Source: Octopus sinensis
Lineage: Eukaryota
Length of the DNA: 64,000 nucleotides
Direction of reading: 5' to 3'
Assembly: GCF_006345805.1 (NCBI RefSeq)
Contig: NC_043003.1
Span: forward strand, 67,828,001-67,892,000
The first letter of the stretch is position 1. Every line of letters begins with the position of its first letter. Below the pieces are notes generated by a model. The model saw nothing but the letters and a program-made list of their open reading frames with translations. It was not told where the DNA came from and ran no database searches. The translations under genes were made by a program, and so were the position numbers. Positions 52,461 through 64,000 of the stretch are shown here, piece after piece.

Positions 52461-52684
52461 AAAAAGAAACTGACCACACAAAATTCAAGAAGCCTTTGGA
52501 CAAATTCCTTCAAACAGTACCGGACAAACCACCCACAGCGGATATGTCTCTGCAAACAATAACTCTCTGCTCGAATGGGCCTTGGTGCCCAAATCCTGAA
52601 CTGAAAGACTTCACCAGGGGGTGCTATTAAGTTAGACATGGCCTGGGCTAATACTGGCAAAACCTTTCTAAGTTATTCTAAGTT
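52461..52684 (+). pseudogene. CR1-type LINE 3' fragment, same family as 51992, opposite orientation
   Basis: KETDHTKFKKPLDKFLQTVPDKPPT...NNNSLLEW; tail GTGCTATTAAGTTAGACATGGCCTGG...CTAAGTTATTCTAAGTT. Confidence 0.85.
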
Positions 52685-52937
52685 ATATATATATATATAT
52701 ATATATATATGCATATATATATATGCATATATATATATATATATATATATATACATGCATATTTATATGCATATTATATATATATATGCATATATATATG
52801 CGTATATATATGCATAATATATGCATATATATATTATATATACATATATATATGCATATATATATATGCATATATATATATACATATATATATATTGGAT
52901 ATATAATATATATATTATATATATATATTATATATAG

Positions 52938-53181
52938 TAATTAAGGATTTAGCAACGATTTCTCTCACCACACGGTGCTGTGGTTTTACTGAGATTTCCC
53001 TTTTAGTAGAAAGAATAGCTATAACTCTTTGACTGCTATTTCTAAATTCGGGTGTGGTGAGGCAAATCGTTGCTAACCCTTAGTTGCTTAGTATTACTTA
53101 AACTTCCTCGAATGAGGCTTTTACATGCCGAAATCTACTTGGTGGAATTAATGATTATTCCAAATTAATTAATTTCACCCT
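52938..53181 (-). mobile_element. Tail plus fold-back element related to the 4215 and 16695 elements
   Basis: TTAGCAACGATTT..CTCACCACAC is inverted as GTGTGGTGAGGCAAATCGTTGCTAA; contains GACTGCTATTTCTAAATTCGG. Confidence 0.75.
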
Positions 53182-53424
53182 ATATTATATATATACATAT
53201 TATATGCATATATATATATATATGCATATATATGTATACCCACACATATATATATATATACATTATATATAATATATATAATATATAGATATATAGATAG
53301 ATAGATATATAGATATATATATATATATTAATATATTAATATATAGTATATATATATATATATAATATATATATGTATACATATATATTATAATAATATA
53401 TATATATATATATATAATATATAT

Positions 53425-53458
<34 letters not shown>

Positions 53459-53465
53459 ATATATA

Positions 53466-53610
53466 CGACGTGCCTCTTTCAGTTTCCGTCTACTAAATCC
53501 ACTCACAGGCTTTAGTCGGCCGAGAATATAGTAGAAGACACTTGCCCAAGGTGCCACCCGGAACCATGTGGTTCGTAAGCTTCTTACTACACAGCCACAC
53601 CCGTGCCTAT
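53466..53610 (-). mobile_element. tRNA-SINE family A, 5' half
   Basis: ACGACGTGCCTCTTTCAGTTTCCGTCTAC...CCAAGGTGCCAC...CTTACTACACAGCCACACC. Confidence 0.9.
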
Positions 53611-55053
53611 GTTAGCAAATTGCTCTTAGATTTACTCCAGTTTGATAGCAAATACTCCAACAGGAAACGCCATTCTTCTTTCGATGCTTCAGAATAAAAA
53701 TAACGAAAATTATTGTATACATAGCTTAAGTGCAGTACACCTCATCAGAAAAAAGTTGTGAAAAGATCATGAGCAGTACATAGAATAGAATAGAATAATA
53801 CGTTAAAAAAGCCTGTGGGAGGTTGCATCTGAAAGAAGGAGCTGCGTGTTCTTCCATTCATGTGTACATATCTCGCCACCAATTGGCATTGTGAAATAAT
53901 AGCGTGTAATACCTCTCCTCACAACACGTCTCTCATTATTTTGGATATTATTATTATAATAAGCTGCAAACTATGCAGCTTATAATTGCTCGTTTTCTTC
54001 CTTGAAAATACGCGAACACATAAAACCCATTTCAACATTAAACGTTTTCAATATTTCCGTCCGTATCTTTCCTCAGAAAATTATTCCGCTACCCTTTCCT
54101 TTTAGGTACATGCCCCTCCATTCAGTACTTGGGCATATTCAAAATAAGTCAATTGCATGACCCCGGGATATATAATGTACACAATAGAAATTGGGACAGG
54201 CCTAGCATTTGCAATTCCATTTTGATTACTTTTGATAAAGCCATCAACTCAAATACCTATGAGAGAAGAATTTTATCGAAAGAGTCGAAAATTATAGAAA
54301 CTCTCCTGAACTATTAGAAAGTATGATTGAAAATAAATATAACAGGGTGTCTTGAGATAGCAGCACAGTTCACACTAACCTTTCGCTAAATGAAGAAGCA
54401 GAATATAACTCCCTTTTTCCGTGCAAATCTTATTGACGTAGTACTTCGAGAAACCAATATACTCAACATCGAAAGTGCACACACATCATTCCGATTCGAT
54501 CAACATACGTTAGGTCGAAGTTGAATAGGAGCAACTGCTCAAAATCATGTATGTAAGCATAGCACACTGTTTAACATGTCTGGGAATAATGTTGTCCAAA
54601 CTATGTATTATAACTTCTGATCGTCTATTTGACCATATAATATTTCTGTAGCAATGTGTTTTTTAACGTCATATTACTTATTAATTTTATCACATTTTAT
54701 TTTATTTGAATAGAAAATGAAACCGTTACTACAATCTCTTTTTACGTATAGCACTGAGAAGGCAATTATTTTCTGTTATTTTCTATATTAATGGAACTCT
54801 GCATGGTTCTGAAAACATTAGGAGATCTTTAGTTGCAAATACTGCAAGGTATTTCATATTACTAGTGAAGTAGGTAGCAATCTGTAGCGAAATTGGATTC
54901 AGGTGTTGTAAACAAGTACTGCTGATTTACAGTACTGCTGAATTATATTGTACGGAATGATATCACTGAATATTTTAGTAAGATTCAGTACACAAACATA
55001 TATAAATTGTGGCATATACCTAGCCTTGACAATACCTACTTCCTACAAAATGT

Positions 55054-55395
55054 GAAGGCGCATGGCTCAGTGGTTAGAGCGTCGAGCTTACGATCGTGAG
55101 GTTGTGAGCTCGAATCCCGGACCGGGCTGCGTGTTGTGTTCTTGAGCAAGGCACTTTATTTCACGTTGCTCCAGTTCACTCAGCTGTAGAAATGAGTTGC
55201 GACGTCACTGGTGCCAAGCTGTATCGACCTTTGTCTTTCCCTTGAATAACACTGGTGGCATGGAGAGGGGAGGCTGGTATGCATGGGCGACTGCTGGTCT
55301 TCCATAAACAACCTTGCCCGGACTTGTGTCTAGGAGGGTAACTTTCTAGGTGCAATCCCATGGTCATTCATGACCGAAGGGGGTCTTTACCCCTT
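55054..55395 (+). mobile_element. Well-preserved tRNA-derived SINE (family C) with TSD
   Basis: A box TGGCTCAGTGG, B-box-like GCTCGAATCCC, body GTGTTCTTGAGCAAGGCACTT..CCAGTTCACTCAGCTG; TACAAAATG on both flanks. Confidence 0.9.
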
Positions 55396-57308
55396 TACAA
55401 AATGAGACATAACATGTTTATTACAATTTTAACATTGATTAAAATCAGTGCCGGATGTTAATTGTTGTCCTACTCCCTGTTAGTGTTTCGAGTGTGTCCA
55501 TCCATTTTTTAACTTCTCGATCTCCTTGTACACCTCAACGTGGCAGAGGAATATCCAATGAAAATCTGAGGGAATTTTATCCTCTGAATTACATTCTAAC
55601 CAGAGAAATCAACTCACTGGTCTATGTTCTTCCTTGTTTGCAGAGTGCCAGCAGAGCGGCCTATGTTTACTTCGTCACAAAGAAAACTTGATTGATGAAG
55701 GTCAAACATCGGTTACGTAACCATCTTTTAGCATGCGAGCGCTGAAGGCAGGGCGGCAAACAAAAGAAAGCTTTGGCGAAAGTGCTGGTATTTTTTGACT
55801 TCTCCTTGTAGTATACAAGTCGATTACCAGCAACCATCTGAATGGTTATAACAGTGTTTATAAGTAAAAGAGATTTCAGAAAAAAACAAAATTGAGTCAA
55901 GTTATTGTATTTTAGTACTGACATTGTTATTATTTAGCCTCAGATTAGCAATGAACGAATGGATTTATGGTCAAGTGAAGATCATGGACTTCTATCCTTC
56001 ATAACATTCAAAGGATGTATCTAACTACAATATCCAATTTTATTTATACACAGGGGTGCGTAAATCCAGTCGCTTAATATGCGTGGAAAATACTTTTCGT
56101 TTTTCATCCAATTACATAAATAGAGAACTGAAAAGAACATTCCACTTATATTAAGCAACCGTATATCTACTTTGCCCACGCATTTTCAGGAAAGTGTTAA
56201 CTTATTGTGTTACTAAAGTTGTAGCGAAATTTCTCCGCCATCATTAACACCGATACTTACTGAAAACTGAAGTAGTTCATCAATAAAATGAATTATTACT
56301 GCAAAAAAACATGTTTTCATACATCGCAAAAATAACAATCTATTTTGTATCGTACCGTAAATAAATATCACATTAAAACATGGTATTCATTTCTATCTTG
56401 TGGCAATAATTACGATAACTTGGAGTCATTTTAAACTCGCATTGTTTTTCAGATTCATTGATTTTTGTGGCAATAATATTCCACGCAATCATTTACTCTA
56501 ATCGTGTCAATTTTTTTAGGGATAATAGCATTTTGATTCATAGTCTAATGGATGTATTCATGTGCGTGTTTATGTGCATGTATTTGTGCGTGTGTGTGTG
56601 AATAATATCCTTCTAACGTTTAAATGTCTACATAAGCTGTCATAAAGAGAGAATTTAAAAATAAAACAAATGCATATCTTGTCGATTTAAAATTTAAATA
56701 CAAACTCCGAAAGTTTTTACCATTCTATAGTACAATAGTTTAAGTTATTTGATACAGAACTAAAACGTAAAACTAATATTATCTAAATGCGGTTTGTTTC
56801 TCTGTAAAGTAACTTCAGAAAATAATAAAAGTATATATATTGTGATACTTCGGTATAGTCCATCTAGAATATATAGAGTTAACCATACGTAATAATATAT
56901 GACAATAATAAAATTCCATTACATATCGTGGTGTTCATCATGTAACCAGACGGAAAATTATTATAGCTTCAAATAAAAAGAATATGCAAGTAGTACAAAG
57001 ACGTTTATGAGATACCTCTGGAGACTTTGTAAAAATGTCTTGCGCTCAATGTCATCAACGTGTAATAGAGAGAGAGAAAGTTTGATAGAGTATAAGTACC
57101 GAAAATGTGATAGGATGTAACAAATATATATTATAGACTTCGATCATATATTGCTTCTGACTCTCATTTAATATTTTTCTTCATGTTATGCTTATACACA
57201 CACACACACACACACACACATGGTCATGCATATGTGTGAGTGTGAGATTGAGTGTATGTATGTACATACATATATATATATATTATATATTATATATATA
57301 TATATATC

Positions 57309-57351
<43 letters not shown>

Positions 57352-57899
57352 CGTAAAGATGATTGTTTGTGTTCGTGTTTCATTTTCGCAACCACGAATA
57401 TGTCTTTGAATCCAGCCTCTTCGTACGATACAATGGACAAGTAGCTTCTACGATAGGCCTAAACATGCCAATAATTTTTGAATGGATTTGGTAGACGGAA
57501 ACTGTGAGGAATCCATATGCATGCCACATTGTTTTATGTTTTGTCTATCAAGTCTTCAAAACAGATGTTCATTTGCTTATGATCTGTATACATGAGGTTC
57601 TGTAGAATGTAAACGAGAGTAAGCTGCTGGCTTTAAAAGTGTAATAATATCGTGTATATTATCTAACTGAAGTAAATAGAAATACATACACACGTTCCTG
57701 TAGTTGTAGAAGGAAAAGCACGCGGTTTACATCTATGTTTCTGCTTCCTCGCTTTTATGAGAGTGTAGTTTACACGTTTTTTTCTTTAGGTGTATGTAAC
57801 TTTGTAAATAGTTGTCCTAAAGCACTGGTCGAGGATACGGAATTAGCCTAAACTGACCGATCAGTATAGTGATGTGTCCATGGTTGGTTTAGTTGAGTT

Positions 57900-58600
57900 G
57901 GCTGGTTGATTTGTGGTGCTGTTTCATCCGTTTGTAGAGCTCTTTCATCGGTTGTGTTCATGGCGGTGTGGGTAACAATGCAGATTTGCGTGTAGTGTTT
58001 TCTTCTTGTTCTTGCTGCTGTTTCTGTTGCTTTTTTCGTTGTTGTTGTTGTTGTTGTTGTTGATGCTGTTGCTGTTGTTGTTGTTTCTGTACTCTTGGGC
58101 AGTCAATTTTTAGGTGTTTTTTGCTGTCACAAAGTTGACAGCAAGGTCTTCTGCCTTCAACAGCCAAATATAAGGTGGTGCCTTCCGACAGTTTTATAAG
58201 ATCTGGCATATTTTCGATCATCTCTCGATCGGCTTGAATCAACAACTCGAAAGCCTGTCCTAACTAGTTTTGCTGCTTGAGGACGACAATTTCTATGAAA
58301 TTATAGCAGATCGCTGACACCAGCCATCGTGCTTCTATCGCAGGGGGCAAATCTTTAATTTTTGTTCGTCACCCAACGACCAAGGTACGTAGGAAACATC
58401 ATGATATCCTCGTACTTTAGTGAATGCATTGAATAAGCTTTTGCTTGCTCCACTGTGTCAAATCTAACTTCAAATGTGGCAAATCTTTTGCTCCTTGTGA
58501 TGTATTATTTGCGTGCCCATATCGGCCTTTTCAGTTGTTTGTTGGTTTATATTTTCGGGCTTTCTCTTTTTCAAACGTATGGTCTTATATATGATAATCT
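57900..58600 (-). pseudogene. LINE ORF1 (gag-like) relic with CCHC zinc knuckle and poly-Q stretch
   Basis: CQLCDSKKHLKIDC (58099-58140) is Cx2Cx4Hx4C; upstream frameshifted RRM-like segment FATFEVRFDTVEQAKAYS...FPTYLGR. Confidence 0.75.
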
Positions 58601-58927
58601 TCTGCTAATGTTCTGTAAAATATATTGTGGTGTATTTAGTTTTATTGTTTTACACTCCTTAGATAGAAGGGATCTGGTTCCTATCAACTGTTGCGGAATA
58701 AATGCAATTATTTGTTTCCTTTATCTCACAACTGAAGCAATGTTGCTTTGGCGGGGGTATCGGTGATGTTGATGGTAGGGATGGTGGTGGTGGTGGTGAT
58801 GGTGGTGGTGGTTGCAGTGGTGGAGGCCGTGATGATGGCAGTCGATATGTTTTCATTTTTCTTGCTTTCCTTTTCCATCTGCTTGCTAGGAACGGTGGTG
58901 TCAGAATGCTGATGCTCACGTTGTTCA

Positions 58928-59009
<82 letters not shown>

Positions 59010-59362
59010 AATGTGAATGTGAATCAATGCTTACTTTCTTTCCCGCAGCGTTCGACAATTTACCGAAATCATTAATATCCTATTTGGATGCATCACCGCT
59101 GGCAGCCTCAGAAAAGCTCTCCATTTTTCCGGACGCATTATTATTATTATTTTAAATCAATCTTCAAAATCCGAAAATTCACCCTTAAAGGATGAATTTT
59201 CGAGCGAGAAACTCCCTAAGGCGATTTTAGATGCTGTTAACCAACTTTTTAACAAAAATTAACTATAAATACATATAAATAAACAAGGGAAATTTGACTT
59301 ACGGGAAACGAAGCAACGACAGCCAATCAGATACATACATGCATAAATAGAATGATAGATAG

Positions 59363-59394
<32 letters not shown>

Positions 59395-59550
59395 GCTCAT
59401 CAGGAATGGGTGTATGGTAAGGAGTTGCTTCCCAACCACATTTTGCTGAGTTCAGTCCTAGTGTGTGGCATCGTGATCAAGTGTCCTTAACTACAGCTTC
59501 GAGATCACTAAATATTTGTAAGTGAATTTGGTAGAAGGAGACTGAAACAT
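59395..59550 (+). mobile_element. tRNA-SINE family A, 5' half, diverged
   Basis: TGGTAAGGAGTTGCTTCCCAACCACA...GAGTTCAGTCC. Confidence 0.75.
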
Positions 59551-59589
59551 ATATATATATATTATTATTATAAGTATATATAATTTTTA

Positions 59590-59670
59590 CCGAATATGGT
59601 CCTTTCCATACCGAAAAACTACTACGTGAAATTTATTAATTTTATTAAATTAATTATATTTCACCCTTTA
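59590..59670. mobile_element. Isolated tail of the tail plus fold-back family
   Basis: CATACCGAAAA...AATTAATTATATTTCACCCT matches 53120-53181. Confidence 0.6.
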
Positions 59671-59740
59671 TATATATATATATATATATATATATGCATA
59701 TGTGTATATATAATCATATGTATATATATATATATATATA

Positions 59741-59945
59741 AGGTTAATCCAAACGGGAAAACAGAAAAAACAACAACACGTGGAACAATTACAGTATTAT
59801 TATTATTAGGCGCTCAGGAAAATGGAAGAAGGAGGGTATGACGTTTCGAGCGGAGCTCTTCGTTGGAAACATAGGAGAAAGAAAGATCCCGAGACGGGAG
59901 GACAGAGGAAAAAAAATTGCAGGTAGTCTTCACGAGGTCACATAC
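59741..59945 (-). mobile_element. Penelope-like terminal element, copy of 3961-4164
   Basis: AAGGTTAATCCAAAC...GTTTCGAGCGGAGCTCTTCGTTGGAAACATAGGAGAAAGAAAGATCC. Confidence 0.7.
59836..59870 (-). ncRNA. Minimal hammerhead-like motif (G5->A mutated copy)
   Basis: Minus strand: GTTT-CCAACGA-A-GAGC-TCC-GCTC-GAAA-CG-TC-ATAC; perfect stem II, GUC triplet. Confidence 0.55.
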
Positions 59946-60619
59946 TGAAAAGACGGAAGTAGTAAAAAAGGAGGAAAATGTTTTTTTAAAAACAGGAGAG
60001 CTGAATCAAAGAGGGAATGGTAAAAAGGTGTGCGAGAAAACGAGGGTGTGTGTGTGAGTGTACGCGTGTGTGTGTATGTGTGTGTATGGTGGACAGTGGC
60101 TAGTAGCAGGCAGTAGTAGAATTAAAGGAGTGTGTGGGGGTACCCTAGCAAGTCAGAAAGGCAGATCAGAAACAGAGAGGTATGTGTGTGTGCGTCTGTA
60201 TGTATGTGTGAGTGTGTGCGTGTGCGTGTGTGTATGTGTGTGTGAGGCGAGATAAAAAAACAAAAAATATGTATATGTTAGTGTGTGCAGGGCGAACAGA
60301 TGACGTAGCAAGTCTTGAGTGAGTGGTCAGTGGTAAAAAAAGGGAGGAAGGAGGGAAAGGGTGGGGGGCGTATGTAACGTGCCAGTGTGTGTGTAGAGTG
60401 GTAGTATGTCCAGTGTGCGTAGTTGTGTGTATGGCAAGTAAATTTGAAGTGTGTGTAAGTGTAATGTATATATATATGCAAATGTGTGTGTGTGTGTGGG
60501 TGTGTGTATGTGTGTGCGTGTGTGTACAAAGAGGATACATGTGTTTATATATATATATACGTACACACACATAAATATATATTTATATATGCATATATAT
60601 ATATGTATTCTTTTATGTG

Positions 60620-60843
60620 TTTCAGTCAGCTGACAGTGGCCATGCACCGCGTTTTATCGTCCAAATCGACTCCAAGACTTATCCTTTGTAAGCGTAGTAC
60701 TTATGCTATCAACCTCTTTTGCCGAACCGTTAAGTGATGGGACGTAAACACACCAACATTGGTTGAGAAGTGATGATGGGGAAATACAGACACACAAACA
60801 TACATATATATATATATACACATACACACACACAAACACACAA

Positions 60844-60884
<41 letters not shown>

Positions 60885-60889
60885 CACAT

Positions 60890-60942
<53 letters not shown>

Positions 60943-61095
60943 CACGACGTGCTTCTTTCAGTTTCGTCTACCAATTTCACTCACAAGTCTTTGGTCGCCC
61001 GAGGCTATAGTAGAAGACAACCGCCCCAGTTGGCACGGAGTGGGACTGAACCCGGAACCATGTGGTTGGTAGGGAAGCTACTTGCTGTACAGTCA
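60620..61095 (-). mobile_element. tRNA-SINE family A, full length, with expanded internal (CA)n(TA)n
   Basis: 3' half 60620-60800, microsatellite 60800-60940, 5' half 60943-61095. Confidence 0.85.
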
Positions 61096-61651
61096 CTGGT
61101 ATATATCGGTGTGTGTAGAACTTGTTTTGGTCTATTATATGTAAAAAGAAATATTGAATAACATAAAACGGAAGATGTGTTTAAAACAACTTGCTATATT
61201 TCCGAAATTCTTTTATTCTTTTATTCTTTTACTTGTTTTAGTCATTTTAGTCAACTTTTACATGTTGTCTCCCAATGGGTTTTTAGGTCGAGTTGCGATC
61301 TTCGAGCTTTGTTTCACTTCTGCTATTTGTTGCAGTTTAAGGCAAGTTATCTGCTTGGGTGTGTAGAATTTTGTCACCGTTAAATAAGTGTGTGTATGGT
61401 TATACGTCTGTATGTATGTATGTATGTATGTATGTATGTATTATTATTATATGTGTGTTAGTGTGTGTCTGTGTATGTGTGTGTGTGTGTGCTTGTGTGC
61501 AGTGATGTTTGCCTTTATATTCGGTTGTAATAAAAATCAATTGTACATTCCTTTCATGGGTCACTTCATACATGTGTAGATTACAAATTTATTATTACAT
61601 ACGAAGAATAGTATGTGTAGATACATACACACACACGCACACATACACACA

Positions 61652-61688
<37 letters not shown>

Positions 61689-62809
61689 AGAGAGAGAGAG
61701 AGAGAGAGAATTCACCCTAAATGTGACCAGGGTGTTAAAAAACACACGTCAGTAAATGATTGCGCATGAATAAACTTATGATTGTGTAGTGTGTCTGTCT
61801 GCGCTTCTGTTCAAACGTTTGCAGCCACGAGGTCAAAGGGTCTATATCTGACAAAGCCTTCACGCTTGGCTGCCATAGGCACCACATATCAAAGACTTAC
61901 ACTTTCTCAGCCCTGCTTCATATATACTACATTCTTCATATTTTTTAATCATTAATATTTTATTTTTCATTTTTTATCTCTTATTTTCAACAAGGTAATG
62001 CCTCCCCTACACACACACACAAAAAAAAAACACAAAAAAACAACCCCACGCCATTCATGTAGCTCACTTTCTGATTCCATTACTGTATTTTTTTTTGTTC
62101 CTCATTTGAACACATCCAACCGAACTGATAGAATATCTCAAAGCAGCGAACCTGAAATATAATTACCCGCACTTAAAAGCATATTATTCCACCCGAGGAG
62201 TCTTCGTTGCACAGTGCGTTGCATCTGGTGTTATTGCCCCGTTCAACGCCGATCAGGTAGCAGCGCATCATGAAAACGGAACAACTGTTGTGATAATAAA
62301 TTGTTTTTTTTTGTTAATCTTTATGATATATCCTACGTGAACACTGGTATTCCTGGAAGTCGGACCAACGATGAGTGCAAAGTATCGCTGATGACGCCTA
62401 GGGGGCCATATGCGGTGACGTACTCCGCGGACACATGACTTACTTTGAAAGAAGATGTGGATACTGCATTAACGCGTACTTTCTAAACCTAAATATTTTA
62501 CCTTTAAAATCGAGTTAGCTGTCGAACCACTACCTCCTTCGTAACTTCCATGCTTCCTGAAATCCGCCAACACTACATATGATGGCTTTTGGCTTAGTTG
62601 TTGTGCACCTAAGTACTGTATAAAACAATTTCCTTTCCTTCATTATACCATATATATATGTATATGTGTATATATATATATATATATACCATATATATGT
62701 ATATGTGTATATAATATATATATATATATTATATATATATATATATTATATATAATATATATACATCCGTATATAAATATATATGTGTCTGTGTGTGTGT
62801 GCGTATATA

Positions 62810-63700
62810 TGTATAGACAACTGAAGAATGGGAATATTCTTTATGTTGTATATCACGTTTCTCTGTTTTTTCGTTGTTCGAAAAATGTTCGTTTCTATGT
62901 TTTTGCTTTTATGCTTTCGTTTTTCATTGTGTTCAACCTTTTTTGATGTCCTGTACTCATATATGCATGCATATATACATATATATGTAAGTATGTACAT
63001 ATATGCATGTATATATGCAAATATTTATATATTATTTATATTATTATATGATCGAACGCCACGCATCCTTTTCCAAGTAAGTTTTATCTTAATAATTACG
63101 ATGCGCACTCTTCTACCTATACTATCTCTTCTCTTTCTATCTCTCTCACTCTCTTGTTCTTCATCCTTTTCTGGTTTTCTCTCCCACCCTCCCATATTTT
63201 TCTCTTCTCCTCTTCACTGTTCCCTCACTTTCACTACTCTTCGTCGATTCTCTCGTCGCTGACACGTGACAAAAGCGAATCTATATTTCTGCCCACAACC
63301 TTCGCAAAGAAAACAACGTACTTATACTGTCTCCTTCATAAGCTCCTCTTCCTCGCGTTCAGAATATGTATTCTATTGTCTCGGCTTAACAACCCTCACC
63401 GTTTGTTTTTACTGTTTTGGTCTCACTGTCCTCTGCAAAAAATTCCAAATTATATTTAATTTGTTTTGCGGGAAGGACTGTTTCAACGAAATCGGGTCTT
63501 GTTCTTTTTTTCGGAACGTGGGGTAGATGAAACAGGGACAACTTAAGAAGGGGAATATCCTTTATGTTACATGATGTCTCGCTTCTCTGTTTGTTTATTT
63601 CGTTGTTCGAATAAAGTTCGTTTCTATGTTTGTTGTTTTTATGTTTTCGTTTCTCATTGCGTTCAACGTGTTTTTGATGCCCTGTACCCATTTATGCATG
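62810..63700 (+). mobile_element. Two direct copies of a ~180-bp terminal repeat flanking a pyrimidine-rich segment
   Basis: GACAACT.AAGAA.GGGAATAT.CTTTATGTT...TTTTTGATG.CCTGTAC.CAT at 62816-62972 and 63537-63692, each followed by (TA)n-like DNA. Confidence 0.7.
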
Positions 63701-64000
63701 TATATATATACATATATATGTAGATATGTACATATGTGTATGTATATATGCATTATATATATATATTATATATATATGTGTATATGTATATATGTATATA
63801 TATAGATGTATATATATATATATATCTTGTGTGTGTGTGTGCATACATATACATATATACAATTAGAATATATAAAAGTGCATACTAAGTATGTCTACCT
63901 GCTGGGAATATCAGTGAAAACTCTTATTTAAATCGCCATTTTTAAAATTCTCACATTACATAATAATAGAGTCAATGATATCTTCGCAAATATTTGCTCC

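Noticed and set aside
55057-55130. tRNA gene
   Set aside because: The acceptor and anticodon stems pair poorly, and it runs into a SINE body with a TSD; called as a SINE head.
62388-62420. CTGATGA-C-GCC-TAGG-GGC as a hammerhead
   Set aside because: No GAAA follows the stem.
62816-62850. ACAA-CTGAAGA...TTGT as a hammerhead
   Set aside because: Neither copy has GAAA; the minus-strand CCGAAAA...GAAACAGTC near 63475-63520 lacks stem I pairing.

Overview
AT-rich eukaryotic DNA, most likely a coleoid cephalopod (Octopus-like), judged from the tRNA-derived SINE families and dense (TA)n/(CA)n/(TATG)n microsatellites. It reads as intergenic or deep-intronic: no intact host gene is recognisable, and most ORF-track entries are microsatellite artefacts. 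Recognisable coding relics are all transposon-derived: a near-complete CR1-type LINE ORF2 (47132-50015, -), a full-length mariner with TIRs (32956-34149), a Tc1 fragment, RTE fragments and a CCHC zinc-knuckle LINE ORF1 relic. The most notable signal is a set of short non-coding elements docked in (TA)n tracts. Many are long fold-backs, and at least five unrelated families carry minimal type I hammerhead-ribozyme motifs. Two families share the non-canonical core CCGACGA (U4->C), and two carry a ribozyme copy in each arm of a palindrome. They look like non-autonomous Penelope-like or retrozyme-like derivatives. Also seen: a covarying 3' stem-loop shared by a SINE and a CR1-type LINE, and a SINE apparently split by nested insertions into its own internal microsatellite. 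All structures were read by eye; none was computed or searched.
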